From NCBI GenBank assembly GCA_050183815.1, contig JBFXAY010000005.1, positions 26,861 to 90,860 on the forward strand: 64,000 nt of DNA, read 5' to 3'. Under the pieces are notes generated by a model. It ran no database searches and was not told the origin of the DNA. It saw nothing but the letters and a program-made list of their open reading frames with translations. This DNA comes from Gemmatimonadales bacterium (GTDB lineage: Bacteria > Gemmatimonadota > Gemmatimonadetes > Gemmatimonadales > GWC2-71-9). Shown here in pieces: positions 36,692 through 44,674 of the stretch. The translations under genes were made by a program, and so were the position numbers. Numbering within the stretch: position 1 is the first letter of the stretch; each line of letters opens with the position of its first letter.

Positions 36692-37620
36692 CGACTCGAC
36701 CGGACCCGGATGTCGCCGGAGAAAGACTGCAGGTCGATTACCGCCGAGCCGTTGCCCCAGGAGCCGCTGAACCGGTTCCGGCGCCGGCGACTGTCCCGGT
36801 TGACCGGGAAGTCGGAGTCGAAGCGGCCGCTGAAGGTCGAGGCCGTCACCTTGGCATCCGGTTCCCGCGGCACGGTCAGCGTCACATCCCCGCTCAGCGT
36901 CTCGAAGTTGTACTCGCCGCGGCCGTCGATCGGGCCGGCGAACGTCACGTCGCCGCTCACGGTTTGCGCGGACATTTCCCGCACGGCGACCTGATCGAGC
37001 CGGACGTCGCCGCTGACACTCCGGGCGTCGAGGGTTTCCCCCTGGGCGTCGGTGAGTTCCAGTTCCCCGGAGACGGTCCCGAGATCGAGGGACCGACCCC
37101 GCAGCCCCCGGCCGAAGACGTCGCCGACGACGCTGTGGATGTCGAGATCGAGACCCGCCGGCACCCGAACGGTGAACTCGACGCGGGTGTCGTTCCGGCT
37201 GTTCCCGCCCCAGTTGCCCTCCCGGCGGCAGGGATCGTCGGCCCGGCGCCGGCTCCGGTCATCGCGATCGTCGCGGTCCTCCCGCTCAGCTCGGTCGTCC
37301 CGGTCATCACGATCCCGCTCCCGGCCCCGCCGGCTGTCGTTGGACTGCCCTGGGTACCAGACGCAGACCGCCACGCCGCCTCCCGGAAGGTCTCGCGCTT
37401 CGATCTCGACGTCGCGGGGATCGCCCTGTCGCCCTTCGCGCTTGACCGCGGTGACTTCGAGCCGGCGGCCCGCTGACGCCTCGACCCGGATGTCGCCGAT
37501 GATGTTCCGGAGCGCGAACCGCGATCCCGGCGCCAGCTGGCGGTTGAGTTCGAAGTCCTGGGCCGCCATTGGGGCGGCGCCGGCCGCGCCGGCGAGGAGA
37601 ACGAGGGAAAGGGCCTTCAT
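36688..37620 (-). CDS. DUF4097-family beta-repeat protein (putative adhesin fold), secreted, with a charged Asp/Arg insert
   Basis: Signal peptide. Repeated SGD(V/I)-type strands (VSGDVRL, VSGDVTF, LSGDVTL, FSGDIRV). The 45-aa insert RRGRERDRDDRDDRAEREDRDDRDDRSRRR is flanked by two Cys. Confidence 0.75.
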   Translation of the reverse strand: MKALSLVLLAGAAGAAPMAAQDFELNRQLAPGSRFALRNIIGDIRVEASAGRRLEVTAVKREGRQGDPRDVEIEARDLPGGGVAVCVWYPGQSNDSRRGRERDRDDRDDRAEREDRDDRDDRSRRRADDPCRREGNWGGNSRNDTRVEFTVRVPAGLDLDIHSVVGDVFGRGLRGRSLDLGTVSGELELTDAQGETLDARSVSGDVRLDQVAVREMSAQTVSGDVTFAGPIDGRGEYNFETLSGDVTLTVPREPDAKVTASTFSGRFDSDFPVNRDSRRRRNRFSGSWGNGSAVIDLQSFSGDIRVRSSR

Positions 37621-38642
37621 CGGCGGATCTCCAGATTGATCGGGAACGCGAATGAGAAGTCGAAGTCGATGCCGAAGCCGAGGGCGAGAGACAGGTCGAG
37701 GTCGAAGTCGAAGTCACGACCCCGTTCGCCCCGTTCGCGGTCGCGGTCGCGGTCGCGCCCCCGCTCGCGTTCCGGCCGGCGCTCCGGCCGGAGCTCGGAG
37801 GGGCGAATCAGTCGGACGTCGCCGCTGAAGGTTTCCACCTCGATCGAGGCGCTGCCGTTGCCCATCGTGTACGTGGCCCGGCGGCGCGACCGCCGATCGG
37901 TCTTGAGGTCGAGACTCGACTCGACATCGCCGTTGGCCGAGGAGACCGAGATCGTGGCGTTGCTGTTGTCGGGCAGGGCCACGACGACGTCACCGCTGTG
38001 CGAGAGGAAGGAGTAGGTGCCGGCCTCCGCGATCGTGCCCTCGAAGGTCACATCGCCGCTCACCGTCTGGGCATCCACGGAGGCCGCCGCGATCCGGCGA
38101 AGCATGATGCTGCCCGACACCGCTTCGACGGTGATTTCGCCCTGGACGTCCTCAACCCGGATGTCGTCGGAGGCCGAGTGGAGCTCGACCCGGCCGCGGG
38201 CACCGGTGACGTCGATGCGGCCCTGGGCCGTCGATACGGTGACGTCGGTGCCGCCCCGGATCCGGATCTCGCCATCGATGGTGGACACCTTGATCGGCGC
38301 CCGGGTCCCCTCGACGACGATGTCGGACTCGAGGCCGCCAAGTTCGACCGCCATCCAGGTCGGCACCGTCAGCTCGTAGTCGACCACGCCGCCGAGTCCG
38401 AGGGAGCCCCGGCGGCCGCGGAGCTGGATCACGGAGCCGCGGTTGTCCACCTCGATCTCGGTCCGGGACGAGTGCTCTGCCTGGATCCGCATCCGGTCCT
38501 GATCCCAGGCGCGGATGGTGATGTCGCCACCCTGTTGCTGGAGCCGGAGCCGGGATCCCTGGCGGACGGCGATGGTGGTGTCGGTACCGCGTTGGTCCCC
38601 GACCCCGCCAATCGCCGCGAGAAACAGCAATGTATGAATCAT
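37617..38642 (-). CDS. DUF4097-family beta-repeat protein with a charged repeat and an alternating amphipathic C-terminal tail
   Basis: The ATG at 38642 is inside the 37617..39224 ORF. SGD(V/I) repeats (VSGSIML, VSGDVTF, HSGDVVV, FSGDVRL). The tail is RDRDRDRERGERGRDFDFDLDLSLALGFGIDFDFSFAFPINLEIRR. Confidence 0.75.
   Translation of the reverse strand: MIHTLLFLAAIGGVGDQRGTDTTIAVRQGSRLRLQQQGGDITIRAWDQDRMRIQAEHSSRTEIEVDNRGSVIQLRGRRGSLGLGGVVDYELTVPTWMAVELGGLESDIVVEGTRAPIKVSTIDGEIRIRGGTDVTVSTAQGRIDVTGARGRVELHSASDDIRVEDVQGEITVEAVSGSIMLRRIAAASVDAQTVSGDVTFEGTIAEAGTYSFLSHSGDVVVALPDNSNATISVSSANGDVESSLDLKTDRRSRRRATYTMGNGSASIEVETFSGDVRLIRPSELRPERRPERERGRDRDRDRERGERGRDFDFDLDLSLALGFGIDFDFSFAFPINLEIRR
37735..37757. 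repeat. in-frame hexanucleotide tandem repeat (TCGCGG) x ~3.8 within the DUF4097 gene tail
   Basis: Read directly: tcgcgg tcgcgg tcgcgg tcgcg. Nearby tandem units are gaagtc x2 and cccgttcgc x2. Confidence 0.7.
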
Positions 38643-38658
38643 CGAGTCCGTCCGTTCG

Positions 38659-39333
38659 TCAGGTTTCGCTGGCGAGGGCCCGGGTGGCCAGCCGAAGCAG
38701 GTTGACCTTGGCCCGCATCCTCGCGGTGATCTGACCGTTGAGATACGCGTTGGCCGTATCTCGTTGGATCGCCGCGCGGGCCTCCGCGATCGCGGCGTCG
38801 ATCTTGGCGAGACTTTCTTCGAGGACCCGGACGGTGGCCGTGTCGAGCTTCGACCGGTTGGCCCGGAGCGTCGCTTCGAGCTCGCTGACGGCGGCGTCGT
38901 AGGCGACTTCCCGACGGTTCGCGAGGAGCGTCGAGTCGGTCCCGGGGGCGAGGGTCGGCGGCGCCGAGGCCAGGGTTGGCGCCGGCACTGGGCCGGCGGA
39001 GCCGCCGCGAAGGAGCCAGGCCCCCGCGGCTCCGATGCCGACGAGCAGCAGCGCCGCCGCGGCGAGGGCCACCGGCCGCGAAGCTGGCCGTGTTGCCGGC
39101 CGCGCGAACGGCAGCACGGAGGGACCCACCTGGCGTCGAATCGCGGGCCAGAGATCGCGAGACGGCTCGGTCCCGGCATATCCCGGGGCCGCCGCCACGA
39201 TCCGGCGCAGATCCTCGAGGACACCGCGGCACGCGGCGCACTCGCGGAGGTGACCGTCGACCCGGCGCCGGGTCACGGCGTCGAGTTCGTTGTCGAGGTA
39301 TGCCGACAGAAGGTCGGTCCATTCGGAATGCAT
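38659..39333 (-). CDS. anti-sigma factor (zf-HC2 type), single-pass membrane protein
   Basis: N-terminal H-x3-C-x2-C motif (VDGHLRECAACRGVL) and TM helix VALAAAALLLVGIGAAGAWLL. The start overlaps the ECF sigma stop (TGATG). Confidence 0.8.
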   Translation of the reverse strand: MHSEWTDLLSAYLDNELDAVTRRRVDGHLRECAACRGVLEDLRRIVAAAPGYAGTEPSRDLWPAIRRQVGPSVLPFARPATRPASRPVALAAAALLLVGIGAAGAWLLRGGSAGPVPAPTLASAPPTLAPGTDSTLLANRREVAYDAAVSELEATLRANRSKLDTATVRVLEESLAKIDAAIAEARAAIQRDTANAYLNGQITARMRAKVNLLRLATRALASET

Positions 39334-39851
39334 CAGGCGCTCTCCTTCTCACCCAGCACCCGGCGGAGCAGCATCCGGGCCCGGTGCAGCTGCGAGCGCG
39401 AGGTCCCGGGGTCGATCCCGAGCAACTCGCCGATTTCGTCGTGTTTGAAGCCTTCCATGTCGTGCAACACGAAGACGTCGCGGGCACCGGCGGGAAGGTC
39501 CCCCACCGCCCGTTCAATGGCCACCTTGAGGTCCGGATGATGGCTCGGCGCTGCGGCGCCGGCGAGGGCGATTTCGTCCGAACCATGCCGGTCGTAGAAC
39601 CGGACCGTCGTCTCCCGGCGGCGCAACAGCGCGTTGACCGCAACCCGGTGGAGCCAGGTACCGAAGGCACTCTGCCCGCTGAAAGTCCCGATCTTCTGCC
39701 AAACCCGAATGAAGACCTCCTGCACCGCATCGTCCGCATCGTCCACTCCAACCAGCCACCGGGCCAGAGAGTTCACCCGGGCCAGATGCTGACGATAGAG
39801 ACGCTCGAACGCGGCGGCATCCCCGCGGGCGGCGAGGGCGACGTCGTCCAT
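39333..39851 (-). CDS. ECF (sigma-24 family) RNA polymerase sigma factor
   Basis: Region 2 (FERLYRQHLARVNSLARWLVG...DAVQEVFIRVW) and region 4 (HDEIGELLGIDPGTSRSQLHRARMLLR). The ATG at 39851 is preferred over 39896. Confidence 0.85.
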   Translation of the reverse strand: MDDVALAARGDAAAFERLYRQHLARVNSLARWLVGVDDADDAVQEVFIRVWQKIGTFSGQSAFGTWLHRVAVNALLRRRETTVRFYDRHGSDEIALAGAAAPSHHPDLKVAIERAVGDLPAGARDVFVLHDMEGFKHDEIGELLGIDPGTSRSQLHRARMLLRRVLGEKESA

Positions 39852-39998
39852 CTCAGCGTTCGCTCGTCCGAGCGGCAAGGCAGGTTGCAGGCGCAAGGCT
39901 TCGGCGGCCAGGGTCCAGTCCTAAGGAATTGATTCGAAAGGGTTTGAGCCAGGGAGGCACAAAAACGTTGGAATCCGTCCGGAGGCACTTGCCCGGGC

Positions 39999-40026
39999 GA
40001 TATCTTTGTGATATCATCTAGATATC
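39999..40026. promoter_or_regulatory. three GATATC hexamers at exact 11-bp phasing overlapping a candidate sigma70 promoter of the SPFH gene
   Basis: GATATC at 39999, 40010 and 40021. The last two form the inverted repeat GTGATATC-N5-GATATCAC. TTGCCC (39989-39994), a 17-nt spacer, then TATCAT (40012-40017). Confidence 0.45.
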
Positions 40027-40043
40027 ACCTTCGGAGCGGGGAA

Positions 40044-40931
40044 ATGATCAACGAACGTGTGGTTCGGCCGATGCCTGGGTTGGTCATGCTGGTCGGCCTG
40101 CTGGTCGTCGGCACGGGCGCCGTCGTGCTGATGGTGCGGACCATCCGGCTGCTGGCCCAGCAGCTGGGCGGATCGTCGTTCCTGGTCGTGGCCGCGATCC
40201 TGGTGCTGTTGGCCTGCCTCATCGGACTGGGTGGGCTCTTCGTCGTCAACCCGAACGAGGCCAAGGTCCTGACCCTGTTCGGTCGCTACGTCGGGTCGGT
40301 CAAGGATCCGGGCATCTGGTTCGTCAATCCGTTCGCCGCCAAGCACAAGCTCTCGCTTCGGGTTCGGAACTTCGAGACCGCCAAGCTCAAAGTGAACGAC
40401 GCGCATTCCAACCCGATCGAGATCGGGGCCGTGGTAGTCTGGCAGGTCGTGGACACCGCCGAGGCGCTGTTCGAAGTCGACGACTACGAGAACTTCGTCA
40501 AGGTTCAGAGCGAGGCAGCCCTCCGGTCCCTCGCCTCGACCTATCCGTACGACGCCCACGAGTCGGGGCAGGAGTCGCTCAGCGGCAGCCCCGCGGCGGT
40601 GTCCGCGATGCTCCAGGGCCACGTTCAGGAGCGGCTCGCCAAGGCCGGCGTCCACGTGATCGAGGCACGGATCAGTCATCTCGCCTACGCCCAGGAAATT
40701 GCCCAGGCAATGCTCCAGCGGCAGCAGGCCTCCGCCATCATCGCCGCCCGGCAGAAGATCGTCGAGGGCGCGGTGGGCATGGTCGAGAATGCGCTGGCCT
40801 TGCTGTCCGAGGGGAACATCGTGCACCTCGATGACGAGCGGCGGGCGACGATGGTTTCGAACCTGCTCGTGGTGCTCTGCAGCGAGCGGGCCACCCAGCC
40901 GGTCCTCAACACGGGGACGCTGTACCAGTGA
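40044..40931 (+). CDS. SPFH/band-7 domain membrane protein
   Basis: GGAG Shine-Dalgarno. Two N-terminal TM helices. SPFH pattern: [19 protein letters not shown]..., [35 protein letters not shown]. Confidence 0.85.
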   Translation: MINERVVRPMPGLVMLVGLLVVGTGAVVLMVRTIRLLAQQLGGSSFLVVAAILVLLACLIGLGGLFVVNPNEAKVLTLFGRYVGSVKDPGIWFVNPFAAKHKLSLRVRNFETAKLKVNDAHSNPIEIGAVVVWQVVDTAEALFEVDDYENFVKVQSEAALRSLASTYPYDAHESGQESLSGSPAAVSAMLQGHVQERLAKAGVHVIEARISHLAYAQEIAQAMLQRQQASAIIAARQKIVEGAVGMVENALALLSEGNIVHLDDERRATMVSNLLVVLCSERATQPVLNTGTLYQ

Positions 40932-41006
40932 GCCGAGCCGGCCTAACCGCCCGCCCTGGCTGGAGCGCCCGCGGTCCGGCCCCGGGACGTCGCCAACCGG
41001 ACCGGC

Positions 41007-41192
41007 ATGGCTGAGCGGAAGGCGGTCCTGATCCGCATCGACCCGGCGCTGCACGATGCCCTGCAGCGCTGGGCCGGGGCGGAATTTCGAAGCCTCAACG
41101 CCCAGATCGAGTACGCGCTGCGGCGGGCCCTCGCCGAGGCGGGTCGCCTGCCCCGCCCCGAGAATGCCGACCTCAAGTCCGAGGACACCTGA
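41007..41192 (+). CDS. ribbon-helix-helix (Arc/MetJ-type) DNA-binding protein
   Basis: 61 aa. Beta-strand KAVLIRIDPAL, then two helices HDALQRWAGAEFRSLNAQIEYALRRALAEAG; the FRSLNAQI segment matches the Arc-family core. Confidence 0.65.
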   Translation: MAERKAVLIRIDPALHDALQRWAGAEFRSLNAQIEYALRRALAEAGRLPRPENADLKSEDT

Positions 41193-41362
41193 TGCTCCAT
41201 CTGCTGCTCGCCGCCCTCATCGTCGCCGCGGCGATGCTGGTGCCGGGCCCCGCCCGACGGGACGACCGCCCTGCCCCGCGGCCGGCCACCGAAGTTGCTC
41301 CCGCGGTCAGGCCGAACGCAGACAGCCGGGATTCGACCACGAGCCGCCCGGACTCGCTATAA
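41192..41362 (+). CDS. possible small membrane peptide (56 aa)
   Basis: The ATG overlaps the RHH stop (TGATG). N-terminal hydrophobic helix MLHLLLAALIVAAAMLV. Not in the ORF track because it is under 60 aa. Weak support. Confidence 0.3.
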   Translation: MLHLLLAALIVAAAMLVPGPARRDDRPAPRPATEVAPAVRPNADSRDSTTSRPDSL

Positions 41363-41396
41363 TGAAAGGGTAGCCCGTAACAGAGGAGCAGGAACG

Positions 41397-41807
41397 ATGC
41401 GCTGGATCGCCGCAGTCATGCTGGCCGGCCTCGTGGTGGCGCCGGCCGCCGCTCAGGAGCAAGGCAAAACCAAGCCGAAGATCGACCGCCGTCCCAATCT
41501 GATCTCGATCGAGGAGATCGACCTCATTCGCCACGAAGTGACGTCGGCCTACGACATCGTGCAACGGCTTCGGCCGTCCTACCTCCGCCCCCGGGGCACC
41601 AACAGCTTCGGCAATGCCGCTGGTGGCGCGTCCCCGACGGCCCGGGTAATCGTCGACGGCGTTCCGCGGGGCGACACGTCGATGCTGCGGGACCTTCCGG
41701 CCGCCACGGTGAAGGAGATCCGCTACCTCAACGCCGCCGACGCGAGTACCCAGTACGGCACCAACTACGGTGGGGGCGCCATCCAGGTCTTCACGCGAAC
41801 GCAGTAG
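41397..41807 (+). CDS. secreted stand-alone TonB-dependent-receptor plug-like domain protein
   Basis: AGAGGAG Shine-Dalgarno and a signal peptide ending APAAAQE. RVIVDGVPRGDTSMLRDLPAATVKEIRYLNAADASTQYGTNYGGGAIQVFTR matches the Plug-domain pattern, but no barrel follows. Confidence 0.65.
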   Translation: MRWIAAVMLAGLVVAPAAAQEQGKTKPKIDRRPNLISIEEIDLIRHEVTSAYDIVQRLRPSYLRPRGTNSFGNAAGGASPTARVIVDGVPRGDTSMLRDLPAATVKEIRYLNAADASTQYGTNYGGGAIQVFTRTQ

Positions 41808-41828
41808 CGGGGCGGGCCCAGCGACGCT

Positions 41829-42173
41829 TTACGGCCGGCGCTCGCGGCGGAGCGCCGCGCCGACGAGACCGCCGCCAAGACCGAGGCCCCCGGCGATCGC
41901 GAGGGTCAGGATCACCAGCACGCCCGCCGACTGCCCGGTCACACCGCGAAGGAGTTCGACGAGCGTGTCGAACCGCGGTGCGGTCGCCGCCCGGAGCAGC
42001 AGCAGCCCCCACCCCACCACGACGCCCGCCACGGCCACCGCCACCGGTCGCCGCCCCGGGGGGACCAGCCACCCGGAGACCAGGGCGACCACCGGCAGGA
42101 TCCACCACCCCAGCATCGCCGTCAGGAGTGCCGCCACCGCCGCGGTGCCCGTCACCCCGAGCAGAGCACCCAT
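41829..42173 (-). CDS. small hydrophobic membrane protein (about 4 TM helices)
   Basis: The ATG at 42173 overlaps the acylase stop (TGATG). The sequence is almost entirely Gly/Ala/Val/Leu TM segments. Confidence 0.5.
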   Translation of the reverse strand: MGALLGVTGTAAVAALLTAMLGWWILPVVALVSGWLVPPGRRPVAVAVAGVVVGWGLLLLRAATAPRFDTLVELLRGVTGQSAGVLVILTLAIAGGLGLGGGLVGAALRRERRP

Positions 42174-44644
42174 CACCGGCCACCGCCCTGCAACCGGAGG
42201 CGACTCTCCACGGCCGCCGCCGGGAACCCAGCCGGATCGGCCGGCACCACGAGCGAGTCGAGGTGGCCGGCCTGCCACCGGGAGACCAGGTCGCGATAGT
42301 GCCGGCTGACCGGATTGCCTGACTGCCCGCCGGGATACACCGCCCAGGCCCGCACCGGGTCGCTCAGTTCGACGACCATCCGCCAGCTCGCCCCGTGAGT
42401 CCCCGCGCCGGACGAGGGACTCACCGTGCCGGTACCCCACGCTACGGGAAGCCGCAGGGCCGACAACGCCGGCAGGCGCATCGGGTGGTAGATGTTGGCC
42501 TGGTGAACGGTCCCCCACTCCCAGGCCGGACCTCGGGGACCGTAGCGACTGACGGTGGAATCGAATCCGGCCGCGAGCGCCGATCGAATGATCTGGTCGC
42601 GTCCTTCGCGTTCCGGGGTGTCACGCCGGTCCCACCAGATGCTTTCGGCGTCGGCGAGCAGGCCGAGGAGCACCCCGTCGGACGGGCGCAATCCGCCGGC
42701 CCGTCCCGGGGTCTGCAGCTCGTCCCACAGTCGCCGCCCCAGCTCCCGCGTCACGGCGTCGAACAGCACTGCGTCCCGGGTGTCGAGGCCGTACCGATGG
42801 TCCCAGTCCTCGAGCAGCCGGCGGGCGCGCTCGGCACTCGAGTCGCCCGCCGTCGGTACCGCGAGCAGGATCGGCAACACGGCGTCGGCGAAGCCGCTTC
42901 GGTTGTCGGTCTGGATCCGGCGCATCGCTTCCGGGGTGACGGCCGAGTCCTCCCGCAGCAGTTGATTGATTCGCAGCGCCCGCCAGGGGCTCGGCCAGTC
43001 GGCGCCGAGATAGCGGCCGTTGCGCGCGGGATCGACGGGCTGCTGATTGGCCGACGAAAGGAACCCCCGCCCCGGGTTAAGGCCGAACGGATAAAGGTCG
43101 AGCGGCAGATCGCCGGTCCAGTCGGCCGCGCGGGTGGTGCCGTCGCGCACCACGTCGCCGCGACCGTCGCCCGGACGGACCGGATAGGTCCCGGTTGAGC
43201 GGATGGCGATGGTACCCCGGCGGTCCGCCACGAGCATGTTCTGCGCGGGGGCTACGTACCCGGCCATCGCCTCGAGAAACTCGCCGGCGGTGCGGGCCCG
43301 GTTGGCTTCGAGAAATTCCTTGCCGTCGGCGTGGGGCAGATAGGCCGTCCAGGCCACCGAGAGCCAGGTCGAATCGACCGCCAGCAGCGGTCCGCGGTGG
43401 GTGAATCGCGTGGTGTCGATGGCCAGGACGTTGCCGTCCGGTCCGAGAAAGGTCTCGGTGCGCTGTTCGACGGGGCGCCAGTCGCCGTCGAGCCAATACC
43501 GGGCCGGGTGGGCCGGGTCGTCGACCCGCTCCCGATAGAAATCGTTGACGTCCGACCCGGTGTTCGTAAGCGACCAGGCGATCGACCGGTTGAACCCGAT
43601 GATGACACCGGGCGCGCCGGGCAGGGTGGCGCCCGCCACGTCCAGCTTCCCCGGGACGACAAGGTGGGCCTGGTACCAGATTGACGGCAGCGTCAGCGCG
43701 AGGTGCGGATCGCCGGCCAGGAGGGCAGCTCCCGCCGCCGTGCGGGACGGTGCCACCGCCCAGTTGTTGCTGCCGAGGACCACCTCTTCCTCGCCCCAGC
43801 GGACGCTGCCCAATTGCCGGCGGGCGGCGTCGAATGTAGCCCCGAGCGCCAGCATGCCGGAGTCCGGCGGGCCGGGCGGCGGCAACGGCGCGAAGGAGTA
43901 CCGCGGCCCATCGACCGGATTCGGCTGAATCGGTTCTTGAATGGGCTCGTTGATCGGGAAGAGCGCGTCCGCCGCCGGGGCACCGACCAGGGCAGCCGCC
44001 CGGGCCTTGAGGAGCGACGGGTCGTTCCAGGCCAGATCCCGCGCCATCCGGCCGAATAGCAGGTAGCTGTTCCGCGGTTCCCAGCGTTCGGGCCGCCGGC
44101 CGATCAGCCGGTACTCCAGCGGCACGTCGCCGGGCCCCATCCGGTCGAGCCAGGCGTTGACTCCGGCGGCGTAGGCCTCGATGGCCCGGAAGGCGAAGCT
44201 CGTCGAGTCCGCCTGTGCGAGCCGCTGGTCCGCGAGGCGCCCCAGACCCAGCCGGCGGGCCTCGCGGTCGAGATCGAGCGCCTGGGTGCCGAACCATTCC
44301 GTCAGCCGGCCCGCCGCCGCCCGGGTCTGCAATTCGAGTTGGAAGAGCCGGTCGCGGGCCACGACGAAACCGAGCGCCCGGTAGGCGTCCAGTTCGGACC
44401 CGGCGTAGACGTGCGGGACCCCGCGATCGTCGTAGACGACCTCGGCGTCGGCGTCGAGGGACGGGAGCGACAGGGACTCCGACGGGCGCCGCTCGGCCGC
44501 GCGGGCGGCAGCCCAGACCCCGCCCCCGGGGTCGAGGAGCGGGCCGAGGGGCGGCAGCGGGCCGAGCCGGCGGGTGAGGAGCACGAAGGCCCCCGCGAGC
44601 AACGACAGCCCGGTCGCGAATGTGAGAAGCCGGCGAGGCGACAT
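42173..44644 (-). CDS. penicillin acylase-family Ntn hydrolase (S45), secreted
   Basis: Signal/TM at the N-terminus. Autoprocessing site ...VVLGSNNWAV (Ser nucleophile of the beta subunit). 823 aa, typical for this family. Confidence 0.9.
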   Translation of the reverse strand: MSPRRLLTFATGLSLLAGAFVLLTRRLGPLPPLGPLLDPGGGVWAAARAAERRPSESLSLPSLDADAEVVYDDRGVPHVYAGSELDAYRALGFVVARDRLFQLELQTRAAAGRLTEWFGTQALDLDREARRLGLGRLADQRLAQADSTSFAFRAIEAYAAGVNAWLDRMGPGDVPLEYRLIGRRPERWEPRNSYLLFGRMARDLAWNDPSLLKARAAALVGAPAADALFPINEPIQEPIQPNPVDGPRYSFAPLPPPGPPDSGMLALGATFDAARRQLGSVRWGEEEVVLGSNNWAVAPSRTAAGAALLAGDPHLALTLPSIWYQAHLVVPGKLDVAGATLPGAPGVIIGFNRSIAWSLTNTGSDVNDFYRERVDDPAHPARYWLDGDWRPVEQRTETFLGPDGNVLAIDTTRFTHRGPLLAVDSTWLSVAWTAYLPHADGKEFLEANRARTAGEFLEAMAGYVAPAQNMLVADRRGTIAIRSTGTYPVRPGDGRGDVVRDGTTRAADWTGDLPLDLYPFGLNPGRGFLSSANQQPVDPARNGRYLGADWPSPWRALRINQLLREDSAVTPEAMRRIQTDNRSGFADAVLPILLAVPTAGDSSAERARRLLEDWDHRYGLDTRDAVLFDAVTRELGRRLWDELQTPGRAGGLRPSDGVLLGLLADAESIWWDRRDTPEREGRDQIIRSALAAGFDSTVSRYGPRGPAWEWGTVHQANIYHPMRLPALSALRLPVAWGTGTVSPSSGAGTHGASWRMVVELSDPVRAWAVYPGGQSGNPVSRHYRDLVSRWQAGHLDSLVVPADPAGFPAAAVESRLRLQGGGR

Positions 44645-44674
44645 GACGATCCGAGTCGTGATGGAAACGGCCGG

